A stretch of 64,000 bases of DNA. It comes from a virus. Taxonomy: Duplodnaviria > Heunggongvirae > Uroviricota > Caudoviricetes. A program made the translations under genes and the position numbers. Numbering within the stretch: position 1 is the stretch's first letter; each line of letters opens with the position of its first letter. Below are positions 10,144 to 20,495 of the stretch, piece by piece. The stretch spans positions 32,001-96,000 of IMG/VR virus record IMGVR_UViG_646311924_000007. One strand, 5' to 3'. The notes under the pieces were generated by a model. The model did not search any database. It was not told the DNA's origin and saw only the letters and a program-made list of their open reading frames with translations.

Positions 10144-10944
10144 ATGCAACAAACATTCAATGCGGATATGAATATATCAAACCTTCATCAAAATGTCGAT
10201 CCTTCAACCACTCTGCCCGTTATTTGTGGTGTTGAAATTACGACCGACCGCGCTGGCCGTTACAACCTTAATGCTCTACACAGAGCGAGCGGACTCGGTG
10301 CCCATAAAGCGCCAGCTCAATGGCTAAGAACGCTGTCAGCTAAACAGCTCATCGAAGAGCTTGAAAAAGAAACTATGCAGAATTGCATAGTTTCGTTCGA
10401 AGGCCGTGGCGGCGGCACTTTTGCCCATGAATTGCTCGCAGTGGAGTACGCTGGTTGGATTTCTCCCGCGTTTCGGCTGAAGGTAAACCAGACATTTATC
10501 GACTATCGAGCTGGAAGATTACAACCTGCTATTCCGAAGAGCCTCCCAGAAGCTCTCCGTTTGGCTGCCGACCTGGCAGAGCAAAAGCAACGGCTGGAGC
10601 AAAAAATGCTGATGGATGCACCTAAAGTCGAATTCGCCGAACGCGTTGCTACCGCCAGCGGGGTTCTAATCGGCAACTATGCCAAAGTGCTCGGCCTGGG
10701 CCAAAACTATCTCTTCACCTGGTTGCGTGATAACGGAATTCTGATCGCAACCGGTGAACGCAGGAACGTCCCCAAACAAGAATACATATCCCGTGGGTAT
10801 TTCACCCTTAAAGAAACCGTGATCGATACAAGCAATGGAAGCAGGATTTCTTTCACGACTCGTATAACCGGCAAAGGTCAGCAGTGGCTGATGAAGCGAT
10901 TGCTTGATGCTGGTGTGCTGGTACCTGTCGCGGCAGCGCGCTAA
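10144..10944 (+). CDS. kilA: KilA (KilA-N plus KilAC domains)
   Basis: 266 aa, same length as P1 KilA; conserved KilAC C-terminus; followed by a 281-aa gene as in the P1 kilA-repL operon. Confidence 0.8.
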   Translation: MQQTFNADMNISNLHQNVDPSTTLPVICGVEITTDRAGRYNLNALHRASGLGAHKAPAQWLRTLSAKQLIEELEKETMQNCIVSFEGRGGGTFAHELLAVEYAGWISPAFRLKVNQTFIDYRAGRLQPAIPKSLPEALRLAADLAEQKQRLEQKMLMDAPKVEFAERVATASGVLIGNYAKVLGLGQNYLFTWLRDNGILIATGERRNVPKQEYISRGYFTLKETVIDTSNGSRISFTTRITGKGQQWLMKRLLDAGVLVPVAAAR

Positions 10945-10973
10945 CAGACGTAGTAAGAACCACCAGCATTGTA

Positions 10974-11819
10974 ATGCTGGCTAAAGTCACTTTCCTGAGC
11001 TGTATAACGATGAGCGATTTTACTTTTTCTGGCTATGAATTGGCCTGCTTTGTAACACACTCCGGTCTATCCCGTAGCGCCGGGCATATCCTGTCGCAAT
11101 GTGCAAATCTCGCGGCAACAACCAGTGAATACTTCATTCACAAGCCTCACCGCCTGATCGCGGCAGAAACTGGTTATAGCCAATCAACCGTCGTTCGTGC
11201 ATTCCGTGAAGCTGTAAACAAAGGAATCCTGTCAGTAGAGATTGTTATCGGCGATCACCGTGAACGTCGCGCTAACCTGTACCGGTTTACACCATCCTTT
11301 TTGGCCTTCGCACAACAAGCAAAAAATGCGCTGATTGAAAGCAAATTAAAGATCTCTTCAGCGGCAACCAAGGTTAAAGCTGTTCTCGCTAAGACATTGG
11401 CTTTATTTAATTTTTTATCCACACCCCCATGTCAAAATGATACCCCCTCCCCCTGTCAGGATGACGTGGCAATAAAGAATAAGAAGTCACAATTTAAAAA
11501 AACAAAAAGATCAGTTTCCGGCGCTGCCGGAACGACCAAACTCAAAAAATTGACTTCATGGATCGCTGAGGCAAAAGCAAAGGCTGACAATCTGCGGTTA
11601 TCCAAAAAACGCGCTCAAAAACATGAGTTCAAGCAGAAAGTAGAGGCGGCAGCGCGGAAATATGCTTACCTGAAGAACAAGCGTTCTCCTGATATTGGCG
11701 GGGTATCAAACTTCGATAATCTGCCGCATTGCATGACGGTAAACGAAGCTCTTAATGCGGTTTTAGCCAAAAATAAAGATAACGAACAATGGGGTATACC
11801 GGCAGGATTCAGAGGGTGA
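10974..11819 (+). CDS. repL: lytic replication protein RepL
   Basis: 281 aa, same length and position as P1 RepL downstream of kilA. No sequence comparison run. Confidence 0.65.
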   Translation: MLAKVTFLSCITMSDFTFSGYELACFVTHSGLSRSAGHILSQCANLAATTSEYFIHKPHRLIAAETGYSQSTVVRAFREAVNKGILSVEIVIGDHRERRANLYRFTPSFLAFAQQAKNALIESKLKISSAATKVKAVLAKTLALFNFLSTPPCQNDTPSPCQDDVAIKNKKSQFKKTKRSVSGAAGTTKLKKLTSWIAEAKAKADNLRLSKKRAQKHEFKQKVEAAARKYAYLKNKRSPDIGGVSNFDNLPHCMTVNEALNAVLAKNKDNEQWGIPAGFRG

Positions 11820-12115
11820 TAGATTGCTCTAATCTGGAGTCACCTGGCGTTTTCAGTTTGAGGTCGGAGATGCAATCTGATTTTTTACAGTTAGCGATCG
11901 CTTTTGCAGGATATGTTTGTATTGGCTTCTGTGTATACATGATCAGCCGAAAAATGCTTGTCGATATCGACCGCAAAGAACAAGCAGAGGAGATCTTAGT
12001 ATGGATTTTCTTTGGCGCGGTCTGGCCATTAGGGATCATGTTTGCTGCAACATTTCTTCTGATGTGGATATTCACCCTTCCAGGTGATTTCTATAGAAAA
12101 AAAGCCAGACATTGA
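11789..12115 (+). CDS. small membrane protein (hypothetical)
   Basis: Hydrophobic segments (LAIAFAGYVCIGFCVYMI, ILVWIFFGAVWPLGIMFAATFLLMWIF); true start may be an internal Met. Confidence 0.35.
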   Translation: MGYTGRIQRVIDCSNLESPGVFSLRSEMQSDFLQLAIAFAGYVCIGFCVYMISRKMLVDIDRKEQAEEILVWIFFGAVWPLGIMFAATFLLMWIFTLPGDFYRKKARH

Positions 12116-12296
12116 TACAATCGTTGCGGGTGCTTGAGGCTATCTGCTTCAGGCATTACCCGAAAAGCAGATAGAAGAAAGCCCCAGATAACATTACGCG
12201 TCCTGCAAGACGCTTAACATTAATCTGAGGCCACATCTATGCTTAGCATACGTAGATTAGCCTCTTACCGACCAAAAGGTCAAGGAGAAGCAGGCT

Positions 12297-12452
12297 ATGA
12301 AGCAGCAAAAAGCGATGTTAATCGCTCTGATCGTCATCTGTTTAACCGTCATTGTGACGGCACTGGTAACGAGGAAAGACCTCTGCGAGGTACGAATCCG
12401 AACCGGCCAGACGGAGGTCACTGTCTTCACAGCCTACGAATCTGAAAGGTAA
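12297..12452 (+). CDS. hok: Hok/Gef-family membrane toxin
   Basis: 51 aa MKQQKAMLIALIVICLTVIVTALVTRKDLCEVRIRTGQTEVTVFTAYESER, close to Hok/SrnB/PndA; overlapping mok-like frame 12239..12445; GC-rich fold-back at 12459-12480. Confidence 0.8.
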   Translation: MKQQKAMLIALIVICLTVIVTALVTRKDLCEVRIRTGQTEVTVFTAYESER

Positions 12453-12531
12453 GAGACCTGGCGGGGAGAGATCCCCGCCACTCTTCGTGTGTCAGGTATC
12501 CTCAATGCACCCTTTCCTCTCCAAATAAAAA

Positions 12532-12547
12532 AGCTCCCGAAGGAGCT
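12532..12547 (-). terminator. rho-independent terminator (hairpin AGCTCC/GGAGCT), probably bidirectional
   Basis: Stem 12532-12537/12542-12547, A-run upstream and T-run downstream; 20 nt past stop of the minus-strand gene ending at 12569. Confidence 0.6.
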
Positions 12548-12568
12548 TTAAAATACAAGGGATTACTA

Positions 12569-13078
12569 TTAATCCCACTCAATCCAGTTGTAGACGATAC
12601 GAAGTGACGGGCGCACAGCGGCAGTCACATCTTCGGTACTAAAGTCGATTGCATCACTGTAGATTTTGCAGTCCAACATTTCAATTGTTGTAGCAGCTTT
12701 TGTCACAGCGTTAACCCCGGAAGATTTGGATTCAGGGGTAGCAGCCATCGTGATATCAACATAGTCCTTCGCCGCAATGCGATCCTTGATGAACTGAAGA
12801 ATATCGCCTTCGATAGTCTCCACGCACTGGACCTGGATTTCCCCAGAGTTTCGAATTGGTCCGTGCTGGTTGAACTTCACACCATTCGGACCATAGTCCT
12901 CCACATCCTCGCGGGTCATTTCAGGAATTTGCGACGTGCGAACCAGTACGCTGATATCTTCATGGCCTGCAACAGTGAGCTGGAATTCAGAAGATACCAG
13001 TCGTTCGCCTTTGGCCGCGTTGGCAGTATAGCGGCCCTTAATAAATTTACGGTTTCCCTTAGTGTTATTGTGCCCCAT
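12569..13078 (-). CDS. probable tail tube protein
   Basis: 169-aa last gene of structural operon; size typical of contractile-tail tube proteins. Context-based. Confidence 0.4.
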   Translation of the reverse strand: MGHNNTKGNRKFIKGRYTANAAKGERLVSSEFQLTVAGHEDISVLVRTSQIPEMTREDVEDYGPNGVKFNQHGPIRNSGEIQVQCVETIEGDILQFIKDRIAAKDYVDITMAATPESKSSGVNAVTKAATTIEMLDCKIYSDAIDFSTEDVTAAVRPSLRIVYNWIEWD

Positions 13079-13089
13079 ATAAAATCCTT

Positions 13090-13671
13090 TTACTGGAACG
13101 CCCGAACAATATCGGAGCTGTTATATATCGAAGAACCGGTCAACTGGAGGTTGACGGTGTTTTTCAGGAAATGCCCATTGCTGTCCCTGGGCGCATCGAG
13201 ATCGAAACTTATGTCCTGGATAGCGACATCAATGATGTTGATCTGGCGACCAATGTTTAGCGTCACACGCTCCGGGATTCGACCACCAATACTGGCATCT
13301 TTAAGTTCCGGGCTAATCATCGCTGACAATGCGGCGATAGCTCCTGAAACCTCCGTGAATGGATCAAACAAAGCGATGAAAGTTACTGGCAGCGTGAAAG
13401 TTGGCGGTGTTCCCCCCTCCCAAACCATTAAGCTGTTCCAACGGGCCACCGACGTTGTTTCAGTACCAACCTGCGCAAAACCACTGAAGGCACCAGCAAC
13501 AGACCCCATGGACATACCGGTAAACGGCGCTTCCCAATTCTGGGCCATGTTCATTGCTGCCCCCTGGCTGATATATCCGGTAACCTGGTACTGAGAGTTC
13601 GTTAAAGTAACTTTCAGAAATGGCGATACACCGTCAGCCTGGCTGTAAACCCCATAAGGTATAGGTGCCAT
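13090..13671 (-). CDS. phage structural protein (hypothetical)
   Basis: 193-aa ORF in structural operon. Confidence 0.45.
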   Translation of the reverse strand: MAPIPYGVYSQADGVSPFLKVTLTNSQYQVTGYISQGAAMNMAQNWEAPFTGMSMGSVAGAFSGFAQVGTETTSVARWNSLMVWEGGTPPTFTLPVTFIALFDPFTEVSGAIAALSAMISPELKDASIGGRIPERVTLNIGRQINIIDVAIQDISFDLDAPRDSNGHFLKNTVNLQLTGSSIYNSSDIVRAFQ

Positions 13672-13706
13672 TCAAGTTAAAGGCCGGAGTTCTCCGGCCT
13701 CCTCCT

Positions 13707-14522
13707 TTAGCCAAGGCGCTTACGGCGCAGTTTCATTGACTTTTTGCGGGCAAGTTTTGCCGCACCCGTCTGGGCTTTTCGACGCGCTTTTTTCAGCGCC
13801 GATTTTTGAGCCGCAGTCAGACGTTTTTTACGCAGGCGTTTACGGATGAGTTTGATCTCACCGTTACGAACAACCTTCTTAAATGCTTCAGTCAGCATTT
13901 CATCAGAAGTGCCAGCAACAACAAACGCCGCTTCCAGTTCGTCACGGTCGTCGCTATCTAAACCAGCGATAGAGGCACCAACATCAGCAGCTGCGTCGTC
14001 GTCTTCATCGTCAGCCAGTGCTTCGATCAGGTCATCATCTACACCGCATGCTGCGAGGAAGTCAGCAACATTTGCCCATGCTTCGTTATAGGCATCGTCC
14101 TGTTCTTCTGTAACTTCGGAGTCGTCGTCATCAGAGATACCAGCGATAGCCTGAACGAAACCATCAAGGGAGTCGAAAGTCAGATCACCGCTATCAGCCC
14201 AGGCGAAAACGGCGTCGGCCGCATCACTCAACGCATTCTGCATAGCACTTCTATTTGCAGCTTCCAGAATCATCTGGTGCGCCTGTTCGACGGTCCATTC
14301 TTTACCGTCTTTCCCTTCCAGGATTTGCTCAGGAGCCGGGGCAGATGGAACGTTATCGTTAGTCTGTGCCGCCGGTTCCGGATTATTATTAATAACCGGA
14401 TCTGTTGGCTGTTCGGCGCTTGCTCGGGCAGACTCCATCAGCTGCACAGGATCAGAGTTCAAAGCGAAACGAGACAGTCCATTCCCCAAAAATGCCCCGG
14501 ATTGAAAAAAGTTTTTGCTCAT
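13707..14522 (-). CDS. acidic protein with highly basic C-terminal tail
   Basis: 271 aa; Asp/Glu-rich centre and Lys/Arg-rich C-terminus (KKRLTAAQKSALKKARRKAQ). Confidence 0.45.
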   Translation of the reverse strand: MSKNFFQSGAFLGNGLSRFALNSDPVQLMESARASAEQPTDPVINNNPEPAAQTNDNVPSAPAPEQILEGKDGKEWTVEQAHQMILEAANRSAMQNALSDAADAVFAWADSGDLTFDSLDGFVQAIAGISDDDDSEVTEEQDDAYNEAWANVADFLAACGVDDDLIEALADDEDDDAAADVGASIAGLDSDDRDELEAAFVVAGTSDEMLTEAFKKVVRNGEIKLIRKRLRKKRLTAAQKSALKKARRKAQTGAAKLARKKSMKLRRKRLG

Positions 14523-14531
14523 TGTATTCCC

Positions 14532-16121
14532 TTACTTAATAAGCAGCGGTACGCCCTGGATACGACGGGCTACGCCAGTCGGGCAGCAGGCCCAGACTAC
14601 TTCCCATTTATCGAATTCCGCCTGCGTAACTTTCAGCACATACGGTTCTGTACCGTCAGCATCAGGATCACGAGGAGCCACCAGAGCGCCGGAGGCGACA
14701 AAGCGATCTAAAAGTTTGGTCATCCCTTTAGTCAGGCCAGCCGCAGTAATACCGTCCGGGCTATGCTTCATCTGTCGGGCTAACTGGACAAAGAAACGGC
14801 TGATTGCATTCATCAGGGATGGGACGTGCTGGAAGTGCAGATAGTTATCCTGCGTGCAGCAAGTTAAAGCATCGTCGATGATCATCTGGCCAGAGGTGCC
14901 AACAGATACTTTATTGAGACGGCCCTTGACCATTGCTTCTTCGTCCGGGGTATCTTCCGGATACAGCGGTTGAATTGACGCACGAGCAATGACGGCACGT
15001 TCTTCACCAGCCGGTGAGTAATGCCAACCGCCGACATCAGAGTTTTTCTTGACGCCACGAGCTTTCGCCGCATACGCCACGCCAGACAGACCAAAGACCA
15101 CACGGGATTGGGTCCATTTGTCTTTGCAGGAGAACGGGTAGTGATAGACAGCACAGCTTACATAATCGGTACCAAGTAAACCGGTATCTTCAACAGCAGA
15201 GAGCGCTTCCGTATACGTCAATGTCGGTTTGACATCAAAGAAGCCATCAATCAGGCGATCAGAACAGATATTACCTAACGCGGTGATCGCCGCATTGTCA
15301 TAGCAACCCAGGCCGAGAACAGCGGTGTACATGTACGGCGCATTGTTCAGCACCTTAACCGCACGCAGGTACGCAGCGGTTGAGATTTTCGACTGATCAC
15401 CGTTGGTACCACCAGTGAACGCCAGCGATTTTTTATTTGTTACTTTCGCCGTCGAAATCAGCTCTTCATTAACAACCGCGCGCAGATATTTAGAACGGGC
15501 TTCCAGAGCCGTAGGCAGATAACACAAGCGGCCCATGTCATCTTTCGCTTCTTCCGCCAAAGACACAGTGTGTGTCTCCAGGGTCGTTACCACGCCGAGC
15601 GAAGTCGTCTGGGTCAGTTTTAAGAGGAAGCGTTCATTACCCGCGCTGTCCGCTGTTGCCGTTTCGATGGTTAACTCACGGGTAGGTGAAATACACGGAT
15701 CACCATCATCAACGTAGATAGCAAAGGCTTCGCCACTATCAAGTTCAATTTCAGAACCGTATGGCAACGCACTGTAAGCCGGTTCGCCTGATTCATCGAA
15801 CATAATAATCGGGAACTTCGCATCATCCGGAACAGCACGAACAACATAACCTGACGTTTGCTGAATAGCTTCGTATACATGGCGAATTGGTTCGAACTGT
15901 GAGCCGGAAGACGGCTTCAGCGGTTCGCCGAGAACATCTTTGTAATTGGACTCAGTAACCGCAAGAACAGTAAACGGCTTGCCACGCGCAAATACGCCAA
16001 TACCAGCCCACAAGCTGCTATTTAATGCAACACCGGTAGATAACGTCGCATCGGCATTGATCGGGCTAACCGCGACGCCGGATGCATTACCTAATGACTG
16101 TTGAATTGAATATTGAGACAT
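14532..16121 (-). CDS. phage structural protein (possible sheath or head-associated protein)
   Basis: 529-aa ORF immediately downstream of putative capsid gene; family not resolved. Confidence 0.4.
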   Translation of the reverse strand: MSQYSIQQSLGNASGVAVSPINADATLSTGVALNSSLWAGIGVFARGKPFTVLAVTESNYKDVLGEPLKPSSGSQFEPIRHVYEAIQQTSGYVVRAVPDDAKFPIIMFDESGEPAYSALPYGSEIELDSGEAFAIYVDDGDPCISPTRELTIETATADSAGNERFLLKLTQTTSLGVVTTLETHTVSLAEEAKDDMGRLCYLPTALEARSKYLRAVVNEELISTAKVTNKKSLAFTGGTNGDQSKISTAAYLRAVKVLNNAPYMYTAVLGLGCYDNAAITALGNICSDRLIDGFFDVKPTLTYTEALSAVEDTGLLGTDYVSCAVYHYPFSCKDKWTQSRVVFGLSGVAYAAKARGVKKNSDVGGWHYSPAGEERAVIARASIQPLYPEDTPDEEAMVKGRLNKVSVGTSGQMIIDDALTCCTQDNYLHFQHVPSLMNAISRFFVQLARQMKHSPDGITAAGLTKGMTKLLDRFVASGALVAPRDPDADGTEPYVLKVTQAEFDKWEVVWACCPTGVARRIQGVPLLIK

Positions 16122-16181
16122 AACTTTCCCTGTTATGCGCCCCGCACGGGGGCGCTATGTTAAACGGAGAACTTCCCCTGA

Positions 16182-17909
16182 TTACTCAGAGTCACCGGCA
16201 TCAATCGTGTCGCCGCTTATGAAGTTAAGCCCGCCTTTTTTGGCCATTGTCAGCGTTACACGAGTGAAGTAATCAGCGCCGTTGCGTGGGTGCATATCGT
16301 TGATAGCCGAACCCCACAGTGTGGTACGGTTGACCAGCGCCGGAGTGGTCGGATGCTGGAACGGGATAGCCGGGACAGCATCACCAGTCACGAAGCCTGC
16401 TTTACCCGGATTTTCATCACGGACGTAGCACAGCACATCCATCGAGCTGAACTGAATGTTCTCTGTCGTTAAGTTCTTACAAATACCAGCAGGTACTTCG
16501 TACACTTTCACGTTACCGAACAGGGTACCGATGTAGTGAACATACGGAGTCTGGATATAGTCTTCGGCTGGCTGGAAGAAATCCTTCGGCAACTGTTTGA
16601 AGAAAGATGCTGCATCAGCACCAGCAAACATCCCCATCGCACCAGAAGATTTAACGCGCTCAATAATGTCGCGATATACAGTCTGGAATTTGCCACGAAT
16701 GATGGTTGCCCATACATTAAAGGACTGGTTAACCGGCAGAGCGATGTCAAAGGTGTCGGTCGCAAGAGTACGCCAGATCATGATGCGAAGACGCAGCATA
16801 TCCTGTTCATGAGACAGGTATTCCTTCAGGGTGCGGAACTGTAGGGAACCCAGGTCCAGACCAAATTCACGCTGTGCTTCATACGCCGCCTGTACCGTGT
16901 GCTCAGCCGCGATAACGAACTGACTTGGGAACAGGGTGTATTTCTTCATTTCGTGGTTGATCAGCGGGATCAGCTCAGGTGCGGCTTCAATATTGATTTC
17001 CGTCTCAATTGCGATCTCAGTGCCTTTATCCGGCGCTTTGGAGAACGACAGGGCAATCTGACCAATGTTGTAGTTCAGAGAGCAGGTAACAGTGATTTGC
17101 TCACCAGCAGCATTAGTAAACGAGTGAAGTAGGCTGCCGGAACCGTTATCAACAACAGACTTAATACGGTTAACGTAGATGTTAGTGCGACCTTTTCGGA
17201 TTGGTACATTCTGGCCTTCGAAGTCTTCCATCTTGAAGGTTGCGGTTTTGCTGGTGCCATCGGAGCTTGCCACCAGCACATAGCGGCGACGTAACTGGCT
17301 GTACACACCAACGGATTGCATGTCCAGAACATCACCAGCAGCATAAGAACCAAAAGAGGAACCTGCCACGTTAAAGACTTCATAGATGTCGGACTGGTCA
17401 CGCGTAACCGGAATGAAGGTACACGCATCAGCGGTAGCTGCCCCCAACTGAACAGGCAGGATCATCGCGAGGAATAAAGGCAGACGCATAACACCGTCAG
17501 AAACGCTCATCATCTCTGCTGCGACGGATTCCAGCATCGCTTTATTAGTGGCATCCATGCTATTGCGGGTGGACTCAATCAGGCAGTTTTCCAGCGTCTG
17601 GTGGCAGGAGGCCAGAATTTCCGGACGCGGCATAGATTTATGTGCTGCGGCGTAGTCAGCCAGTGCACTTGCCCACGCTGTAGCGATTTGAGCGGTGGCA
17701 TTATCAGAGATACCCGCAAAAACCGGGTCTTTACGTGCAGCTTCAAGGATAGATGCGGCACGCGCGGCATCATCTTTAATGAATTGGTTATCAGTACCGA
17801 ACTGCGCAGTGCTTGCCCAGCCAAGCACAGCTTTAGAGCGTTTTGCGATATCTGCAATACGATTCTGGTATTCGCGTAAGTTACTCAATTTACTCTTCCT
17901 TAAACACAA
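16182..17909 (-). CDS. probable major capsid protein precursor (P1 gp23 position)
   Basis: 575-aa ORF adjacent to parS/parB, where P1 carries gene 23. Confidence 0.5.
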   Translation of the reverse strand: MCLRKSKLSNLREYQNRIADIAKRSKAVLGWASTAQFGTDNQFIKDDAARAASILEAARKDPVFAGISDNATAQIATAWASALADYAAAHKSMPRPEILASCHQTLENCLIESTRNSMDATNKAMLESVAAEMMSVSDGVMRLPLFLAMILPVQLGAATADACTFIPVTRDQSDIYEVFNVAGSSFGSYAAGDVLDMQSVGVYSQLRRRYVLVASSDGTSKTATFKMEDFEGQNVPIRKGRTNIYVNRIKSVVDNGSGSLLHSFTNAAGEQITVTCSLNYNIGQIALSFSKAPDKGTEIAIETEINIEAAPELIPLINHEMKKYTLFPSQFVIAAEHTVQAAYEAQREFGLDLGSLQFRTLKEYLSHEQDMLRLRIMIWRTLATDTFDIALPVNQSFNVWATIIRGKFQTVYRDIIERVKSSGAMGMFAGADAASFFKQLPKDFFQPAEDYIQTPYVHYIGTLFGNVKVYEVPAGICKNLTTENIQFSSMDVLCYVRDENPGKAGFVTGDAVPAIPFQHPTTPALVNRTTLWGSAINDMHPRNGADYFTRVTLTMAKKGGLNFISGDTIDAGDSE

Positions 17910-18023
17910 GGCACTTGTGTGAATCCCTTTTCGGAAGAGATTTTATTGAAAGTCACTTGTTGACTTTCTCGTGACAAGCAATTTTTTTATTTTTTCGGGA
18001 GTAGGGGAGGAAGGTAAAATCCA

Positions 18024-18110
18024 AGGTGAAATCGTGGCGATTTCACCTTGAAATTTTAGATGGATTTACTTTAAAAACAGTAGGTTAATAGTGAAATTTG
18101 AATGGCGAAA
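18024..18110. promoter_or_regulatory. parS: parS partition site
   Basis: Box A heptamers (ATTTCAC/GTGAAAT at 18026, 18040, 18091) and box B hexamers (TGGCGA at 18035, 18104) flank an AT-rich IHF-like spacer, just downstream of parB. Confidence 0.65.
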
Positions 18111-18112
18111 GT

Positions 18113-19114
18113 TTAAGGCTTCGGCTTTTTATCGAGGCTCTTTCTAAGGATATGCCCAATCATCCTGTCGAGTTCTTCCTGTAGCTCTTTTGAAAGTCGA
18201 TTAAACTCATAAGAAAATGCACGGCCTTTCACGCGCTTCCTTGCAAAGCGATCCTTGTCCTCAAATTTCCATAATTCAGTAACTACGGACTTATCTTTAG
18301 AACCTTTATCCGTGAGTAGTGAGGCTTCCTTTGTTATCAAGCGCAGGATTTTATTTTTAACTTCATCTTCGGCCATTTCTTCAATGGATAAGATGTCGTT
18401 TATTTCCGGGGATATGTTTTGAATAAGCTGATCAAACTCTAAATTCTTGTTCCCCATTTCGTCGCCAACAGCACAAAGCGTTTTGTAGTCCGAAAAGGTT
18501 AATTCCGACTGCACAGGGAAAAGGGCGACTAATTCTTCCGGAGCACTCGCTGCCTGGAGAGCACGCGTGACCTTAGCCTGAGACAGCCCTTCTTTGGCTG
18601 CAATATCCTTCTGACTCATCCCATCATTTTTCATTCGCATCAAACGCAGACCTATTTCTCGAATGCTGTGCTGCAATGCTGTCTGAACGTCTTTCGCTAA
18701 ATTTTGCGCTTCCTGAACGCTGATCTCCTGGTCCGTGACTAAAACCCGCAACCCTACGTTCTCTAAGATGGCAGAAGCTCGACGCCGGGAACCATCCAAA
18801 ATTTCAATTTTCCCTGTACCCCGTCTAACACCTATTGCAGGGTAAAATTGCTGATGCTTAATAGTGCTTCGGATACTTTTTAATGATTTTGGCGTAAGAG
18901 ATGCCTGGTCACGCCCGTTGTTATGCTGATCAACAAAGGTATCGCTTTCTACCTGGTTCGGAGGTATTACCTCTTCAATAAATGTGGCCTGGCGACCAGT
19001 TGATAACTTGAATACCTGCTCGACTCGATCGCCAGAGGCTGAAGAACTATCAAATCCGCTTAATATTGAAGGATTAAGGGTTCGCCCAATTGTTGGTCTG
19101 TTTTTCTTTGACAT
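18113..19114 (-). CDS. parB: partition protein ParB
   Basis: 333 aa beginning MSKKNRPTIGRTLNPSILSGF, matching P1 ParB as recalled; HTH region; follows parA. Confidence 0.9.
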   Translation of the reverse strand: MSKKNRPTIGRTLNPSILSGFDSSSASGDRVEQVFKLSTGRQATFIEEVIPPNQVESDTFVDQHNNGRDQASLTPKSLKSIRSTIKHQQFYPAIGVRRGTGKIEILDGSRRRASAILENVGLRVLVTDQEISVQEAQNLAKDVQTALQHSIREIGLRLMRMKNDGMSQKDIAAKEGLSQAKVTRALQAASAPEELVALFPVQSELTFSDYKTLCAVGDEMGNKNLEFDQLIQNISPEINDILSIEEMAEDEVKNKILRLITKEASLLTDKGSKDKSVVTELWKFEDKDRFARKRVKGRAFSYEFNRLSKELQEELDRMIGHILRKSLDKKPKP

Positions 19115-19130
19115 GGGGGTTTCTTACTCC

Positions 19131-20327
19131 TCAGTTAGATCTGATAAATTCAATACGGTCAAAAACTGCTTTAGCAAAATCTTCCGCGGCAATTCGCGCG
19201 TTCTTCAATGCATCAGCACTACCAACATACGTTGCCGGGTTAGCTGAAATAACAGTGTCAAAAGACTCGCCGCAACGTTCAAAACCGTCAAGGCGAGGGA
19301 GGACGACATCGAGCATATCCCCACCGAACACTTCTTTAGCCAGGCTATGGCAATACTTATGATCTGCCTTGTTACTCAACTTGGACATAAAACCAATGTT
19401 AGTCGCAAGCTGGCACTCGCAGCCTTCATCCGAAATGAGTTTCACCAACTCAGGAAGGCGGGCAACGTATTTAAGCGATGAGTGGAAATCGACAGTTGCT
19501 GGCGGCAGAGGTGTAAACAGTATATTGGCCGAGGCCAAAGCATTTTTCAGGAAGGCGTCAAGGTGAGGACCACTATCAACGAGGATAAAGTCATAATCGC
19601 TCTTCAGCTTATCAATCACATTTTCTTTCAGGACAGCATGGATGTTCTGACCCGGTAGATGCTCATTGCACAGCTCTCTCCAATCGGATGCAATAAAGGC
19701 ATCGTCAATCGACGCAGGCATAACGTCAACCCCAGGTACAACAGAAGGAACAATAAACTCCTCTAACAGCTCTTCACGGCTTACATTCTGCAACATAGCC
19801 TGTGCAGATGTTGCGTTTACGATACCAATAGAGTGTTTATGGCTTAAAAACATCGTTGCTGAAGATTGCGGATCAAGGTCAATAACCAGAATCCTTAAAT
19901 CTTCCATCAGAAGATGAGGGTGAGCACGCATTGCATGCGCCAGAGAAACCGTCGATACAGTTTTTGACACACCGCCTTTAAGATTGGAGATGAAAATCAC
20001 ATACGCTTCGCTGTAGCGATCCCGGTATTTTGGCACTCCGCGATGTTCATATATGTCAATGATGTTCTGAATTGACATCGCATATTTCATTGAAGAGCCA
20101 GCAGGGCGTTTATCGAAAACATAACCCTTTTCTTCCATTTCACTTACGGCATAGTCAACGTTCGCTCGAGTCAGTAGAGGCAATTTTGCCAGTGCCGCTT
20201 TCGCATAGACCTGGTAAAACTCGTTCGCGTGTAGCTCATCCTTTTGCAACTGTACTTGTTCAGTCAGAACATTGAGCATTCTGTTTGCTCTTTGAGCAAC
20301 CTTGTGAAGCTGGCTGGAATCACTCAT
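19131..20327 (-). CDS. parA: partition ATPase ParA (type Ia)
   Basis: 398 aa with N-terminal HTH extension and deviant Walker A (NLKGGVSKT). Confidence 0.9.
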   Translation of the reverse strand: MSDSSQLHKVAQRANRMLNVLTEQVQLQKDELHANEFYQVYAKAALAKLPLLTRANVDYAVSEMEEKGYVFDKRPAGSSMKYAMSIQNIIDIYEHRGVPKYRDRYSEAYVIFISNLKGGVSKTVSTVSLAHAMRAHPHLLMEDLRILVIDLDPQSSATMFLSHKHSIGIVNATSAQAMLQNVSREELLEEFIVPSVVPGVDVMPASIDDAFIASDWRELCNEHLPGQNIHAVLKENVIDKLKSDYDFILVDSGPHLDAFLKNALASANILFTPLPPATVDFHSSLKYVARLPELVKLISDEGCECQLATNIGFMSKLSNKADHKYCHSLAKEVFGGDMLDVVLPRLDGFERCGESFDTVISANPATYVGSADALKNARIAAEDFAKAVFDRIEFIRSN

Positions 20328-20465
20328 CGAAAGTCATCCTTTATGCTGTATTTTTGAATTTAATTAAAAATGCTGCATAAAATAATAATGTATGCGTAGA
20401 TGCTTGTACATGGCATTCTCTGCATGTTTTGTTCATTTTGCACGATTGAGAGTTACAAGAAAGGC

Positions 20466-20488
20466 ACAAAAAAGCCCCGTTCAGGGGC
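20466..20488 (-). terminator. rho-independent terminator (GCCCC/GGGGC hairpin)
   Basis: Hairpin 20474-20488 with A-run on plus strand (T-run on minus); lies between upstream minus-strand genes and parA promoter. Confidence 0.45.
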
Positions 20489-20495
20489 ATCAGTG

